Origin: Squalus acanthias
Lineage: Eukaryota
Length of the DNA: 64,000 nt
Direction: 5' to 3'
NCBI GenBank assembly: GCA_030390025.1
Contig: CM059425.1
Location: 173,912,001 to 173,976,000 of the forward strand
Below are positions 26,501 to 38,329 of the stretch, piece by piece (the first letter of the stretch is position 1; each line of letters starts with the position of its first letter). The translations under genes and the position numbers were made by a program. The notes under the pieces are model-generated. The model was not told the DNA's origin, did no database searches, and saw only the letters and a list, made by a program, of their open reading frames with translations.

Positions 26501-26680
26501 GTACAGAGCCAGAGAAAAGAGGGACAGGGAAAGAACAAAAGGGAAATGTCAGTAATAGGATGGAGAGCAGAGGTGATTAAATGATAAAAATTATGATGGT
26601 GCAAGGCAAATGGGGGTGATAATGGGACAAGTATAGAAACCAAGACAGGATAGGTCCAGAGGAAGTGGAAATGGTTTCTG
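23582..26680 (-). mobile_element. Penelope-like terminal region split by a Harbinger (23582-23653 plus 26435-26680)
   Basis: Reverse-complement homologue of 21605-21777 and 22446-22560. Confidence 0.75.
23654..26434. mobile_element. Harbinger with transposase pseudogene (+, ~24201-25400) and truncated Myb exon 1 (-, ~26125-25880)
   Basis: TIRs GGCCGAAATTTTCAC / GTAAAGATTCCGGCC. GVIDCTH and LLGDKGY motifs, an in-frame TGA at 24822, and the Myb peptide MESRRQKTALRFSDASLEVLV. Confidence 0.85.
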
Positions 26681-27237
26681 CAGAATAGCAAAGGGGGAGG
26701 GAAGCATGGAAATTCTTGCAAAGTGGAGAAGGTTCTCGTGGCTCAGGAATGTGGTGGAAGAAAGTCAGGTAGACACTCGGGATGCAGACCACCTCGCCGT
26801 CTGTTTACTGATGGGGGATCTCCATCCCAAGCACCAGCTCCCATCTCCTCCATTCCCAGTAGCTTTGGTGCAGCCATCCTCAATTAACAGCACCTGCTGT
26901 CCGAGAAAAAATGGGAGCAGTGGTTAAGATCTAAAGTTGTTGAGCTTTAAATTAAATGTGCAGAAGTGGTTGTGTCCATGCGGCTTCAGTTAGGCAGTGG
27001 ACTCACTTTATTGCTAAAGGGTGACATAATATGAAAAGGGTAACAGCAGAAGGCGAGACACCTAATGCAATATTGGTAGAAATTAGTAATGATAGTGGTA
27101 ACTGATAATTAGTAACTGCTATCATCTAACACATGTGAACAAGTTTTAGCAAGCTATTTAGGTAAGTAAGAGGGTGTAGACAATCAGAATATGAGATAAA
27201 TGGATAGAACAAGGACAAACAAATTGATGGATAAAAG

Positions 27238-28640
27238 AATCATAGAATGATACAGCACAGAAGGTGGCCATTCGGCACATCGTGCTTGCGCTGGCTCTTT
27301 GAAAGACCTGTCCAATTAGTCCCACTTCCCTGCTCTTGCCCCATAGCCATGCAAATGTTTCCCCTTCAAGTATTTATCCAATTCCTTTTGGAAAGTTAAT
27401 GCCCGGATTTTGTTGTCAGCGGCGAATGAACGCCGCTCTCCGTTCATTATGCCCACAGAATTTCTGTAGGTTTTACACTGCGATTTGCAGTTATCAGACA
27501 GTCAAAGCAGTGCGGCGCCATCTACAGGGGATCTGGGACCTGTGTGAACAGAGCAAGCAACAGCGTGTCTCTTCAACCAATCAGATTGAAGAATCCTGAG
27601 ACACGCAGAATCTAAACCAGGAAGTGTAAGTTAGATTATTTAATTCAATGTAAAATCATATACAGAAAGCAAAATAAACAGAGGGAAAGAAAAATAGGAT
27701 TCTGAAGGAATGATGCTCCACACTTGTAAAAGTAATTTTCAGTGCCAGAGAGGTTGTTTGGCAATAATTAAGACTTATCATGCTGTTAAAAATTCACTTT
27801 GACTTGAACAGACAAGTCCTAACATTTTTTGCCATATTTAGTGGATAAGTACCGCAATGTCACGCCCTTCATGTGTTTGAATGCCGAGTCTCTCGGCGAG
27901 GTATCAGTGTAGTGAAGCTTGTGGAGAAGCAAGGCAAATCGGGCAGAAACTTCCTGTTTTCTGTGTTTAACTGTGCATGTGCAGACGCCAAAAGTTTCTG
28001 TCCGGTTTACTACTTAATAACAGTGAACACTGATAGCCTCACCATTATTCTTACCGCAACATCTGGGCCATTATTGAATCTGCTTCCACCACCCTTTTCA
28101 GGCAATGCAATCCAGATCATAGCTTGTACGGCCCCAGATCTTTCCTTTAAAATTGTACCATTTAGTTTATATTGCCTCTCCATATTTGTCCGACCAAAAT
28201 GAATCAGTTTAAACTTCTCTGCGTTAAATTTTATTTGCCATGTGTCTGCCCATTTCACCAATCTGTCTATGTCCTCCTGAAGTCTGTTACTATCCTCCTC
28301 ATTGTTTACTACATTTCCTAGTTTCTTATCATCTGCAAGCTTTGAAATTATGGCCTCTATACCCAACCCTAGGTTATTAATATATATCAAAAAGAGCAGT
28401 ATTAACAACACTAACCCCTAGGGGACACCACTACACACTTCCCTGTAATCTGAAAAACAACCGTTCACCACTACTTTCTGTCCCTTAGCCAATTTCTTAA
28501 CCACGCAGCCATTGCCCCTTTAATCCCATGGGCTTCAATTTTGCTAGCAATTCTATTATGTAGTGCTTTTTCAAACTCCTTTTGAAAGTCCATATACACA
28601 ACATCAACTGCACTACCTTCATTAGCACTCTCGGTTAAGC
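27238..28640 (-). mobile_element. Decayed CR1 fragment
   Basis: SKLADD...LQEDIDRLVKWADTWQIKFN peptide; gaatcatagaat tail. Confidence 0.8.
27400..28069. mobile_element. Harbinger-like MITE inserted in a CR1
   Basis: GCCCGGATTTTG / CAACATCTGGGC termini; CR1 sequence is continuous on either side. Confidence 0.7.
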
Positions 28641-29139
28641 ACAAGTAATTTCATAGAGTTACTCAGTAATTGCTCCTTAGCATAATAGAGGTGATTTTAT
28701 GAGTCTGTGTTGTCTGGTGATTCTCAACCATGGGCAGCACAAATCAGAAATGTTGGTGTATAATCCATATGGCTGGAAAATCAGGGAAGCACATGCCCGA
28801 ATTTCTGATTTGAGCTGCTACCCAGTGAGAGTCCCTTTCCCCTGTGCCACCTGCCCCTCCCAACCTCGGCAGCAAAAACTTGTAAAATCAGTGTTTGCAG
28901 CAGCATACAAGGGCTGATGCTGTCGTAAATTTTGGATGCAACTTTAGTAAGTAGCAGTACAATAGAATTAGTTAATAATCCAAAGGATGCTAAAAATCAA
29001 CCTGAAGCTTAAGCAACGTTATTTTTAAGGATACAAGAAAACAAAAGGCTTCACTCAATCACTGACTCACTCTCTCAGAGTCACCTAGCACTAAGCACAC
29101 CACCATGGCAGTTATACTGCCAAGTAAGTAATATTTGAA

Positions 29140-29560
29140 GAAAGAAAGACTTGCATTTATATAGCACCTTTTCCAACCTCAGGATGTCCCATAACAATTA
29201 CCAATTAAGTACCTTTTTGAAGTGTAGATACTGTTGTAATGTAAGAAATGTGGCAGCCAATTTGCTTACAGCAAGGTCTCACAAACAGCAATGTGATAAT
29301 GATCAGATAATCTGTTTTTAGGTGTTGGTTGTGAGATAAATATTGGCCAAAACACTGGGGAGAACGCCCCTACTCATCTGCAAAATAGTGTCATGGGATC
29401 TTTTACGCCCATCTGGGAGGGCAGACAAGGTCTCGGTTTAACGTCTCATCCGAAAGACAACACCTCAGGACCGCACTGGAGTGTCAGACTAGATTTTATG
29501 CTCAAGTTTCTGAAGTGGGGCTTGAACCTACAACCTTCAGACTCAGAGCCAAGGCTGACA
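29140..29560 (-). mobile_element. tRNA-headed DeuSINE (SacSINE1-like)
   Basis: B-box-like GGTTCAAGCC and Deu-domain-like GTCTTTCGGATGAGACGTTAAACCGAG...AAAAGATCCCATG on -, with an L2-like tail. Family named from memory. Confidence 0.7.
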
Positions 29561-31030
29561 GCTGTGCTCAGATGTTTACAAATTCCTTGATGGCCTTGTT
29601 CCACCCTACTTCTGAAACTCTCTCCAGCTTTACGTGCCAACTTATGCACTAATGTCTTTTGATTTTTGGCTATTATGCATGCCACCACCCCCCCTCCCCT
29701 TCCCCCTCACCCCAACAAACTGTGTTCTTTACTTAGTGGCAGAGCTATCTGCATTCTTTGCCCTCAAATTTTGGGACCCCTTCCTTAAAGCTCTTCACCT
29801 TGTTACTTCCCTTCCTGCCTTTAAAAATAAATGTGTGGATATTAGGTGTGAACAGGATTGTGTTCTGTGCGTGATTCCCTTGTAGTTGAATAGTCTGATA
29901 CTATTCACTGTCATGGTTCACATGTGAAGAAAAGCCACAAGGGCAGTATACTGGAGGGCTGCCAGTGCCTGTGGAACAGTACCCCAACATGAGTCACAAT
30001 GCTCAGGAAAGGGAGTAAGAAAATGTTAATAGGACCTAATACTAATGAAAACTGTAAATAAATTCAAGATGCAGTGTAATTGTATTGGGAATCTATTACA
30101 AGTGCACAGTTCAGTATTTGTTGTGAAGAAACTCTAAGAATATATTAGTGTAAATTTTGCAAGGCTGTCCTCACAGTGTGGGTTGTTTATTAAAAGCTGG
30201 TCAGCATTTGTCAGTTAAAATGAGTGCCCATAGCATACTGATGTAGGTGGAGGTCATTATGCACCAGTACTATGGAGTTTTGGCCAAATTGCTGCTTACT
30301 ATAATATGTGCGACAAAACCCCTTTGCTGTACATTATATTAGTGCATCGTTCTGAAAGCACACATTGGACATGCCTCTCCAGGAGTAGACCTTCTGTCTC
30401 AGGCCTAAGGGGTGAATCTTTCTTCTGGATCTGAACCATCTGATGGCTTTGTTGTTGGTGGCAACAGCTGAGACAACTAGGTCTCAAATGGAGTCATCAT
30501 CTAGTGTTATTAATTTTGTTCAAAGATGACGTAATTAAGATGTATAATTAACCACCTTTTGAAATAAAGCAAATAAACTTTATGTAACTGTTTTATAAAG
30601 GGCCAGATTTTGCTGTCAAAATAATCGGCAGAGTCTGTGAGGATCCCGGGGTTTGGTCGTGTCAGGGCTCGGGGCCCTACTCGCTTTGCCGCCTCTCGTG
30701 CTCTCCGGCCTGGTACGGGTCGATCCTGGGGTTTGGTGGTGCTGGGGCTCAGGACCTGGATCACTCTGCCGCCTCTCGCGCTCTCAGGCCTGGCACGGGG
30801 TTCACACGCGGCTCCTGGGCGCTTGCAGAGTGTGTGAGAATCCCGAGGTTTGGTGGTGTCGGGGCTTCTGCGTCCTCCTGTGCCGTTCTGATGGGGGCGG
30901 GACCTTGCTTAGGCCCCACTCCCCATACGGGCACATGCGCTGAAGACCGTGCAAATAATCACAGTGATAAGTGTGAGGTGGTGCATTTTGGTAGGAAGAA
31001 TGAGGAGGCCATATACTGCTTGGATAATAA

Positions 31031-31817
31031 GGGCTGGATTTTGAAACTGGGGACGTGATGGAGGCGGGACTCCCACTTTTTGGGTTGCAGTCCCGCCTCC
31101 ATCGACTTGTGGCCAACCCACTGTATTTTCACTTGATTGACCTTGTTGAGCCCACCCAGTGGGCTCAGCAGGCCAATTAAGGGCCACCCGGCAACAGGTG
31201 ACATCACAGATTGACATTTCATCTGTCAAGAGCTTTTGACAGATGAAATATCAGCGTTTGATCGCTCTGTGAAGCTGTCAAACACTGACAATCTGTCTTC
31301 TAACTTGAGTCCTTCCTCTCAGGCTGAGTTAGAAATCATTCCAGCACAGAGAGCAGAAGGCTGCAGTTTTTGACAGCACCACGGCCATTGTGCTTTCTGT
31401 GCCGGTGAGATTTCTGACTCCCGAGACCTGAAGGGCTGACACCTGCAGGAGGAAGTTAAGGTAAGTAAAACTTTTTCCCACACTTTACACTTACCTTACA
31501 CACTTACCTCTGCACACATGCACCCAACCCCTGCAGACCCATGGTCCGCCTCGCTAACTTGGCGTGGTTGGGACCTGTCGGGAAGCCCACATTTCAGCTT
31601 TTAAAATAGGGATTAGGCAAAAAACTACCTGTTAACAGGCAGTTAATTGTCACTAATCCCCTTCCCGCCTCGGGGAGGCGGGTCCCAGAACAGGTCGGGT
31701 ACCCGCCTCCAGCGAAACTGGCATGGAGGCGGGATGGGTTCGGGACCCCCGAATCTGCAACTTTAACCCCCCACACGCCTCCAAACCCGCCTCCACGGGT
31801 CAATGAAAATCCAGCCC
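31031..31817. mobile_element. Harbinger-type MITE
   Basis: TIRs GGGCTGGATTTT / AAAATCCAGCCC with TSD TAA. A truncated relative lies at ~20650-20962. Confidence 0.88.
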
Positions 31818-31828
31818 TAAGAGTCTAA

Positions 31829-32718
31829 GGGGGAAAAATTCAGTTTGTTGCGCCTCCCGTTAGCGCCTTAAGAGGGCGCTAATGGGGCGCAAAGCAACTA
31901 GCGCCCGGGCGCGGTGATGTTTGCGCCGCTCGCGAAATTAACTAGACATTTTGCGGCGGCGCTAAACACTACCGCCACGATCTCCTGCGCCCGCAGATCA
32001 TGACGTCAGTCAAGTGCGCAACGCCCCGGTAGCGCCCCAGAGCAGATATTGAGTGGCGCCCCCTGCCTTACTGCCTGCCGCTAGCAACGGCATGTTGAGG
32101 GGAGCGTTTTGCAGTCAGGAAGGGACTGGAGGAGCGCTATTTAAAGGCGACCGCTTCCTGCCTTTTATTGTTGGTGACATTTTTGAACCACGCATTCTGA
32201 GAGAGCTGAGAGACTTCTGGAGAGATTCAACGCTGTGTGAAGGAGTTTTGGGTACTGAGCAGCACTTTGCAGGTTCATTTTGATTTGCCCTTCCTTGTAT
32301 CGATTTAGAAGAGACTGTGGGGGCTGCACTCTGAGCTCTTTCCCTGGATCTCTCCATTGTTCTTTCCAGCAGATTTGATGTACAGGTCTCTCCAGGCCGA
32401 GATTCAAGGCTGCAATGAGCAGGATGTGGATGGAAAGCAAGATCAACCCTCCCCTTTAAGAACTGGCCGGCGACATTGTGTGTGTGTTCCATTGCTGACT
32501 GACATCACATGAGCTTCGCCAGCGCTCTGAGGTAGTGCCTCGCTCCTCGGCCTTTGCGCCTTAAGACAGGTGTGAAGCGCCTGATTTAGCGCTCCAATCA
32601 CCTCCAGGGGCGATAAAAGTGAAGTTTGCAGTCGGAGGCGATAATTAGCGCCAGGCGCTAATCTTTGCGCCCGGCCGATAATTGCGCCCCAAATGGGGCG
32701 ATACTGAATTTCTCCCCT
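31829..32718 (-). mobile_element. MITE (internal-deletion derivative) related to the intact Harbinger
   Basis: TIRs GGGGGAAAAATTCAG / CTGAATTTCTCCCCT with TSD TAA. Both ends resemble the ends of 35801-39992, and the Myb start MERSRERAQ is retained. Confidence 0.88.
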
Positions 32719-35700
32719 TAAATGTGGTAGAGGAGCAAAGGGATCTCGGGGTACAAATACAAAATCACTAAAAGTAGCGACGCAGATTAATAAGGTCATA
32801 TAAAGAAACCAAAGTCTGGGGTTCATTTCTACCGGGATAGAATAGAAAAGCAGGGAAGTTATGTTAAACTTCTTTAGAACCTTGTTTAGATCACACTTGG
32901 AGTAATGTGTACAGTTTTGGTCTCCATATTATAAAAAGGATATCGAGGCACTGGAAGAGGTACAATTTTTTTTTATAAGAATGGTACCAGAACTGAGAGG
33001 TTATACCTATCAGGAAAGATTGAACACGTTGGGGCTCTTTTCTCTAAAAAAAAAGAAAGCTGAGGGGTGAATTGATAGAGGTCTTTTAGATTATGAAAGG
33101 GTTTGATCGGGTAGATAACAACAACAACTTGCATTTACATAGCTCCTTTAATGTAGTAAAATGTCCCAAGGCATTTCACAGGAGCGTTATCAAACAAAAT
33201 CTGACACCAAGCCACATAAGGAGATATTAGGACAGGTGACCAAAATCCTGGTCAAAGAGGTAGGTTTTAAGGAGCGTCTTAAAGGAGAAGAGAGAAGTTT
33301 AGGGAGGGAATTCCAGAACTTAGGGCCAAGTCAGCTGAAAGCACAGCCACCACAGGTGGAGCGATTAAAATTGGGTAAGATACGTAAGTTGCCAGAATTG
33401 GAGGAGCGCAGAGATCCCAAAGACTTGTGGGGCTGGAAGAGGTTATAGAGATAGGTTGGGGCGAGGCCACGGAGGGATTTGAAAACAAAGGTGACAGTTT
33501 TAAAATCAAGGCGTTGCTGGACCAAGAGCCAATGCAGATCAGCGACCACAGGGGTGATGGGTGAACAGGACTTGGTGCGAGTTAGGATATGGACAGCAGA
33601 GTTTTGGATGAGCTCAAGTTTATGGAGGGTGGAAGTTGGTTGGCCAGCCAGGAGAGCATTAGAATAGTCAAGTCAAGATGTAACAAAGGCATGGAGGAGG
33701 GTTTCAGCAGCAGATGAGCTGAGGCAGGGGCGGAGATGGGCGGAGGTGGAAATAGGCAGTCTTGCTGATGGAGCAGCTGGTTGGTCGGAAGCTCATCTCG
33801 GGGTCAAATACGACGCCAAGGTTGCAAACGGTCTGGTTCAGCCTCAGAGAGTGGCTAGGGAGAGGGATGGAGTTGGTGGCTAGGGAAGGGAGCTTGTGAT
33901 GGGGACTGAAGACAATGGCTGGAATTTTCTTTACCTGGGTGGGTCCAGCGCAGGCAGCCGCCATGGCGGGTCGCGAGCCCGTTGCTGGCTCCATCCCGCT
34001 CCACAGAACGACTTTACGTCAATAGGGCCTATTAAGCCTGCCCTGCGCGTTACCCGGCCCAATTAAATGCGGCTCTGCTGACATAATTCATGACACGTTT
34101 CCAGCCGGGATCTTTAAAGGGGCCATGGCCACATTACATTTGAAGGTTAATGTAACATAGTGTTGTCAGTGCACCACAGCATTGGTGTGCTGCAAAACAC
34201 TTTGACAATGACTACACAGAGGCAGAGGGCTGCACCCAGGTTCTCCAATGACGCTCTCCATATGCTTATGGAGGGGGTCAGAGCACGCAGGAAGGTCCTC
34301 TTCCCTTCCAATGGGTGGAAGAGACCTCCCCAGGGGATCAAAACAGCCTGGTTGGAGATTGCAGAGGAGGTCACCAGCAGGGATGTGGTGAGGAGATCAC
34401 TAGCAGGGATGTGGTCAGGAGGACCTGGGTGCAGTGCCGCAAACGTTTCAATGATCTCATTAGATCAGGAAACGTTAGTACAAAGCCACACTCAACTGTA
34501 TCCTAGTGCAATCATACCAACTAACACACACAAGGAGGCCACTTGGCTTTGGCATCCTACTCCATCATAGTCTCCCTCTAAAGATCTAACCCATCCATTC
34601 CTTACATGCATTCCATCACTCTCACTCAACCTTCTCTTCTTTCCCTCCTTGCAAGAAAAGAGAGCCCAAAATAAGAGGGAGAGGGGGAGAACCAGCGGTG
34701 GCCCTCCATCATTTGCAAATCTTACAACAGCAGAGGCGGCTGCTTTAGAAATATCGAGTCGCCGAGCAGCTGGAGGTGGGAGACGGATAGAGGAGACCAT
34801 CTCAGCAACCTGGTGACAAAATTACATACAGCTACATGGCATACATCAGTCACTCATATGGGGACTGATGTCAGCAGCCATTGAATGGTCATCATGTACA
34901 TAATGGTATCTGTACCAATTCTTCATATGACATATCTAACTCATCTCTTTACTCTCCCACCGGTCCATCAAGAGCCCCATTCCCCCCCCCCCCCCCCACC
35001 CCGACCATCCAGGAGGAAGAGGAAGACAACTTCTCAGAGGAGCCTCCAGCCTCTGAGGGCGCACCGTCACCAGACATAAGCGCACCCAGCACCAGCGCAG
35101 ATACGCACACCTGGATGGGTCCCACGCGAGAGAGTAGTGTTGTCATCTGGTGTCTCACAACTCACAAGTGAGCAAGAGCAAATGGTGGAGACCGGGACAG
35201 CAGTGGAGAGTCCTCACCGGAGGGCGCAGGACGCTCCTAGCTCTGCTCAGCTGCATGCAGACGCTAAGCCTCAGGGGCTATCCAGAAAGAGGGTGATCCT
35301 GGAGGTGCAGGGGGCTCTGACAGGTTTTGCGAGCGCGATGTCTGCAAATGTTCAGAAAATGGAGGAGTCCATCTCCAACATGAGCACCACCGTGTCGCAG
35401 GCGATGGTGACTGCAGGCTCCTCCATGGATAGGATGGCCACCTGCATGGAGCAGCTGATGCGCCACTCATAGGAGCACATGGTCTCTATGGAGAATAGAT
35501 GGCTATGTATGGAGAATAGATGGCAGAGGCTCATACACCTCCTCTCTAGGAGGGATGTCAGCATAGACGTGGGTCTTCATGGCCCCACTGATGTGCAGCA
35601 AGATGCTCTCCAGCTCCTTGGCAGCAGGGAAATGAGCAGGCTGCCTCTACCTCTGCTGAAGCAACAGGGCTAGCACCACGTAGAAGCACGCGGAAGAGAA

Positions 35701-36158
35701 AGATGACACGCAGGTAAATTCACAAGGGTAACCACTTGGGTGTTTTATCCAATATTGATGTAAAGTTTCCGATATTGTGCTGTCAAACATAAAAATCTTT
35801 GGGGTAGAAATTAGGTCGCGCCCCATTTGGGGCGCAAATATCGTCCGGACGCAAATATTAGCGCCTGGCGCTAATTATCGGCACTGACAGGAAACTTCAC
35901 TTTTACCGCCCCGGGAGGTGAGTGGAGCGCTAAAGCAGGCGCTGCACACCTGTCTTAAGGCGCAAAGGCCAAGGAGTGAGGCGCTAACTCAGCGCGCGAG
36001 CGCAGCACAGCTGCTGCCAGTTAGCGAGGGAACACAGACACACTGGCGCCGGACACTTCTTAAAGCGGGGGGGGCCACTTGCTCCCCAGCCACACCCTGC
36101 TCATTGCAGCCTTGAATCTCAGCCTGGAGAGACCTGTGAATCCATTTTGCTGCCAAGC

Positions 36159-36395
36159 ATGGAGAGGGTGAGAGAACGCGCTCATCGCTTCACCGAGCGG
36201 GCCTTGGATGCTCTGGTTGACGCAGTGGAGCGCAGACGATGTATACTGTTCCCTGAGAGTGGCAGGAGGCCTTTGCCACGCGAGTTCAGAAGAGTGTGGA
36301 GGGAGGTGGCTCAGAGCGTCTCCTCCAGGAGCATGGTGCCCAGGACCCATACTGAATGCCGCAAAAAGTTCAACGACCTCACTCGGGTCGTCAGG
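36159..36395 (+). CDS. Harbinger Myb/SANT-like DNA-binding protein, exon 1 (79 codons)
   Basis: MERVRERAHRFTERALDALV...VWREVA...RTHTECRKKFNDL is the Myb/SANT-like pattern (F..W..VA..R...C.KKFND). Phase-0 donor AGG|gtgagt. Confidence 0.88.
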
Positions 36396-36535
36396 GTGAG
36401 TGGCTTTTTCTCAATACCTCTCCATCCCTCCATCTCAACCTCACTCTATGGCCAGAGGGTCTTAAAACCCCAATGCACAACACTCATCCAACACCTATGG
36501 CCCTTTCATCAAACACACACACACATTCCACACTT

Positions 36536-36702
36536 TGCATACAGTAAGGGCTATTCACCTATGGGAGGCACATCAGGCAAGACCATGGCTGCATACAGTA
36601 AGGGCTATTCACCTATGGGAGGCACATCAGGCAAGACCATGGCTGTATACAGTAAGGGCTATTCACCTATGGGAGGCACATCAGGCAAGACCATGGCTGT
36701 AT
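36536..36702 (+). repeat. 54-bp tandem repeat x3 in intron 1 of the Myb-like gene
   Basis: TG(C/T)ATACAGTAAGGGCTATTCACCTATGGGAGGCACATCAGGCAAGACCATGGC repeated near-identically. Confidence 0.95.
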
Positions 36703-36733
36703 ATTTACTCAGATGCTGTCCTTTTTCTTGCAG

Positions 36734-36896
36734 GCTAAGCTGGCTCATAATAGGAGACAGCAGCAACGGACAGGTGGAGGGCGGCTTCAGCTGCAACCCC
36801 TCAGCGATCTGGAGGAGCGCGTCCACAGGATTGTGGCAAGCCGGGTGATCGGTCCCGTCGCCACTGGAGACGCCGACCCCGTTGTGGACAGCAATG
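36734..36896 (+). CDS. Harbinger Myb/SANT-like protein, exon 2
   Basis: ctttttcttgcag acceptor, AKLAHNRRQQQRTGGG...LSDLEERV peptide, and phase-1 donor G|gtaagg. A homologous exon is present in the decayed copies. Confidence 0.85.
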
Positions 36897-37055
36897 GTAA
36901 GGTCATCACCTTTTTGTCCTCTGTCCTTCCACTTGTCCCTCACAACACCAGCCTTTGACACTTTCAATCCAACTTGCTAACTCGCTGCACTTATTCCTCC
37001 CTTACTGCCACCCTGTCCTCACGCTAAAGCCACTCTTGTACCTCCCTGCTTTCAG

Positions 37056-38035
37056 ATGGTGATTCACCAGCTGAGGAGACGGGCCCTGAAGCTGCCACTG
37101 GGAGTGATGCTGCAGCTGAGGAGGAAGAGGAAGCCAGAGCATCAGTGCCACCCTCTCCCGAGGAAGCCCATGCCCACACTGGGAACACGCCTTCCCCGGA
37201 GGGGAGCAGGGAGGAAGGGGCTGATGATGGTGAAGCTCCAGTACCCAGCGGGCTGCAGCAACGCCATGGGGGGGGTAGGGAAGAACGGGGGCCTTCTCCC
37301 CAGAGGGAGAGTATGCCAGACACTCCTACTGCAATGGACGCAGAGGAGGAGCGGCTGATTGCAGAAATGAACACCCAGGCGGTGGGCATGCACACTGAGC
37401 TCATGGGTGCAGTGGGAAGGGTGCCCGAATGCATTGAGTCACTGGCAAGGAGTGTGGAGCACTTCGCTGTAGCACAGGCGGATGCCACACTAACGCTTAG
37501 TGCTGCAATTCAGTCACTGGCTGCCGTGATCCCACCTCTGACTGCTCTCATACAGACTCAGATGGAGGCCACGCGAGCACAGACTGCTGCCAACCTCGAT
37601 GGTTCGTGCACATGTCCCCGGGGCTCTCACCACGCCGCAGCAGGCCAGCAATCTGTTCTCCGGCAGATTGCTCCGGATGCTGAAGTGCTGCCCCGTGGGA
37701 GTGCCAGTGTGTCGGGCGAGCAGGGAGTTGCTGGCCTCTCTCACGATGACAGCATTCCTGCTGCCAACACTGTCACTTCTCCACTGCACTTGCCACCGCC
37801 TGTAGGACAGACTGCTGCCGCCCATGCAGAGTTGGTGCAGTCTGCAGCCGGGCCCTCCAGGCCCAGAAGTGGTCGAGGCCGTCCTTCAGGGGCATCTGCA
37901 GTGTCAGGGTCTGACGAGCAGCAGCCTTCCACCAGCCTTGCTGCAGCCACTGAGGTCCCATTACGGAGGAGCAGTAGGGTTAGAAGGGGGGAAGTGCGCA
38001 AGGGAAGGAGATCACCCTCGAAGGGCAAAAAGTAG
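37056..38035 (+). CDS. Harbinger Myb/SANT-like protein, exon 3 (acidic and low-complexity, basic C-terminus); spliced product 459 aa
   Basis: ctgctttcag acceptor. The phase-1 join is in frame with ORF 37145-38035. Exon lengths 237+163+980 = 1380 nt with no internal stop. Confidence 0.82.
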
Positions 38036-38329
38036 GAGGTGTGACAAAATGCTGGTCATTTTTTTATTAAAGGCCGAGGTTCATGGTCCAACTTTTGTTT
38101 AGTGTTTTGGACATTATCTCCAGGTTGTGAGAACCAGTTATGTTATTGACTGTTTTTTTGTGTTTATTTCTATGAGTTTGTCATGAGGAATTGACACACA
38201 CAGAGTTTGTAAAATAAATAAGTTTCTGTATTCAAAATATACATGGCTGGTGGTTGGAATTATTGGTGCCTTGGCCGGCTTAGGGGTTGCGTGCTGGGTT
38301 GATTAGTGTTTGTAGCAATGGCAGGGGCC

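Noticed and set aside
36536..36702. Possible CRISPR-like array
   Set aside because: The units are contiguous with no unique spacers, there are no cas genes, and the context is a eukaryotic intron.
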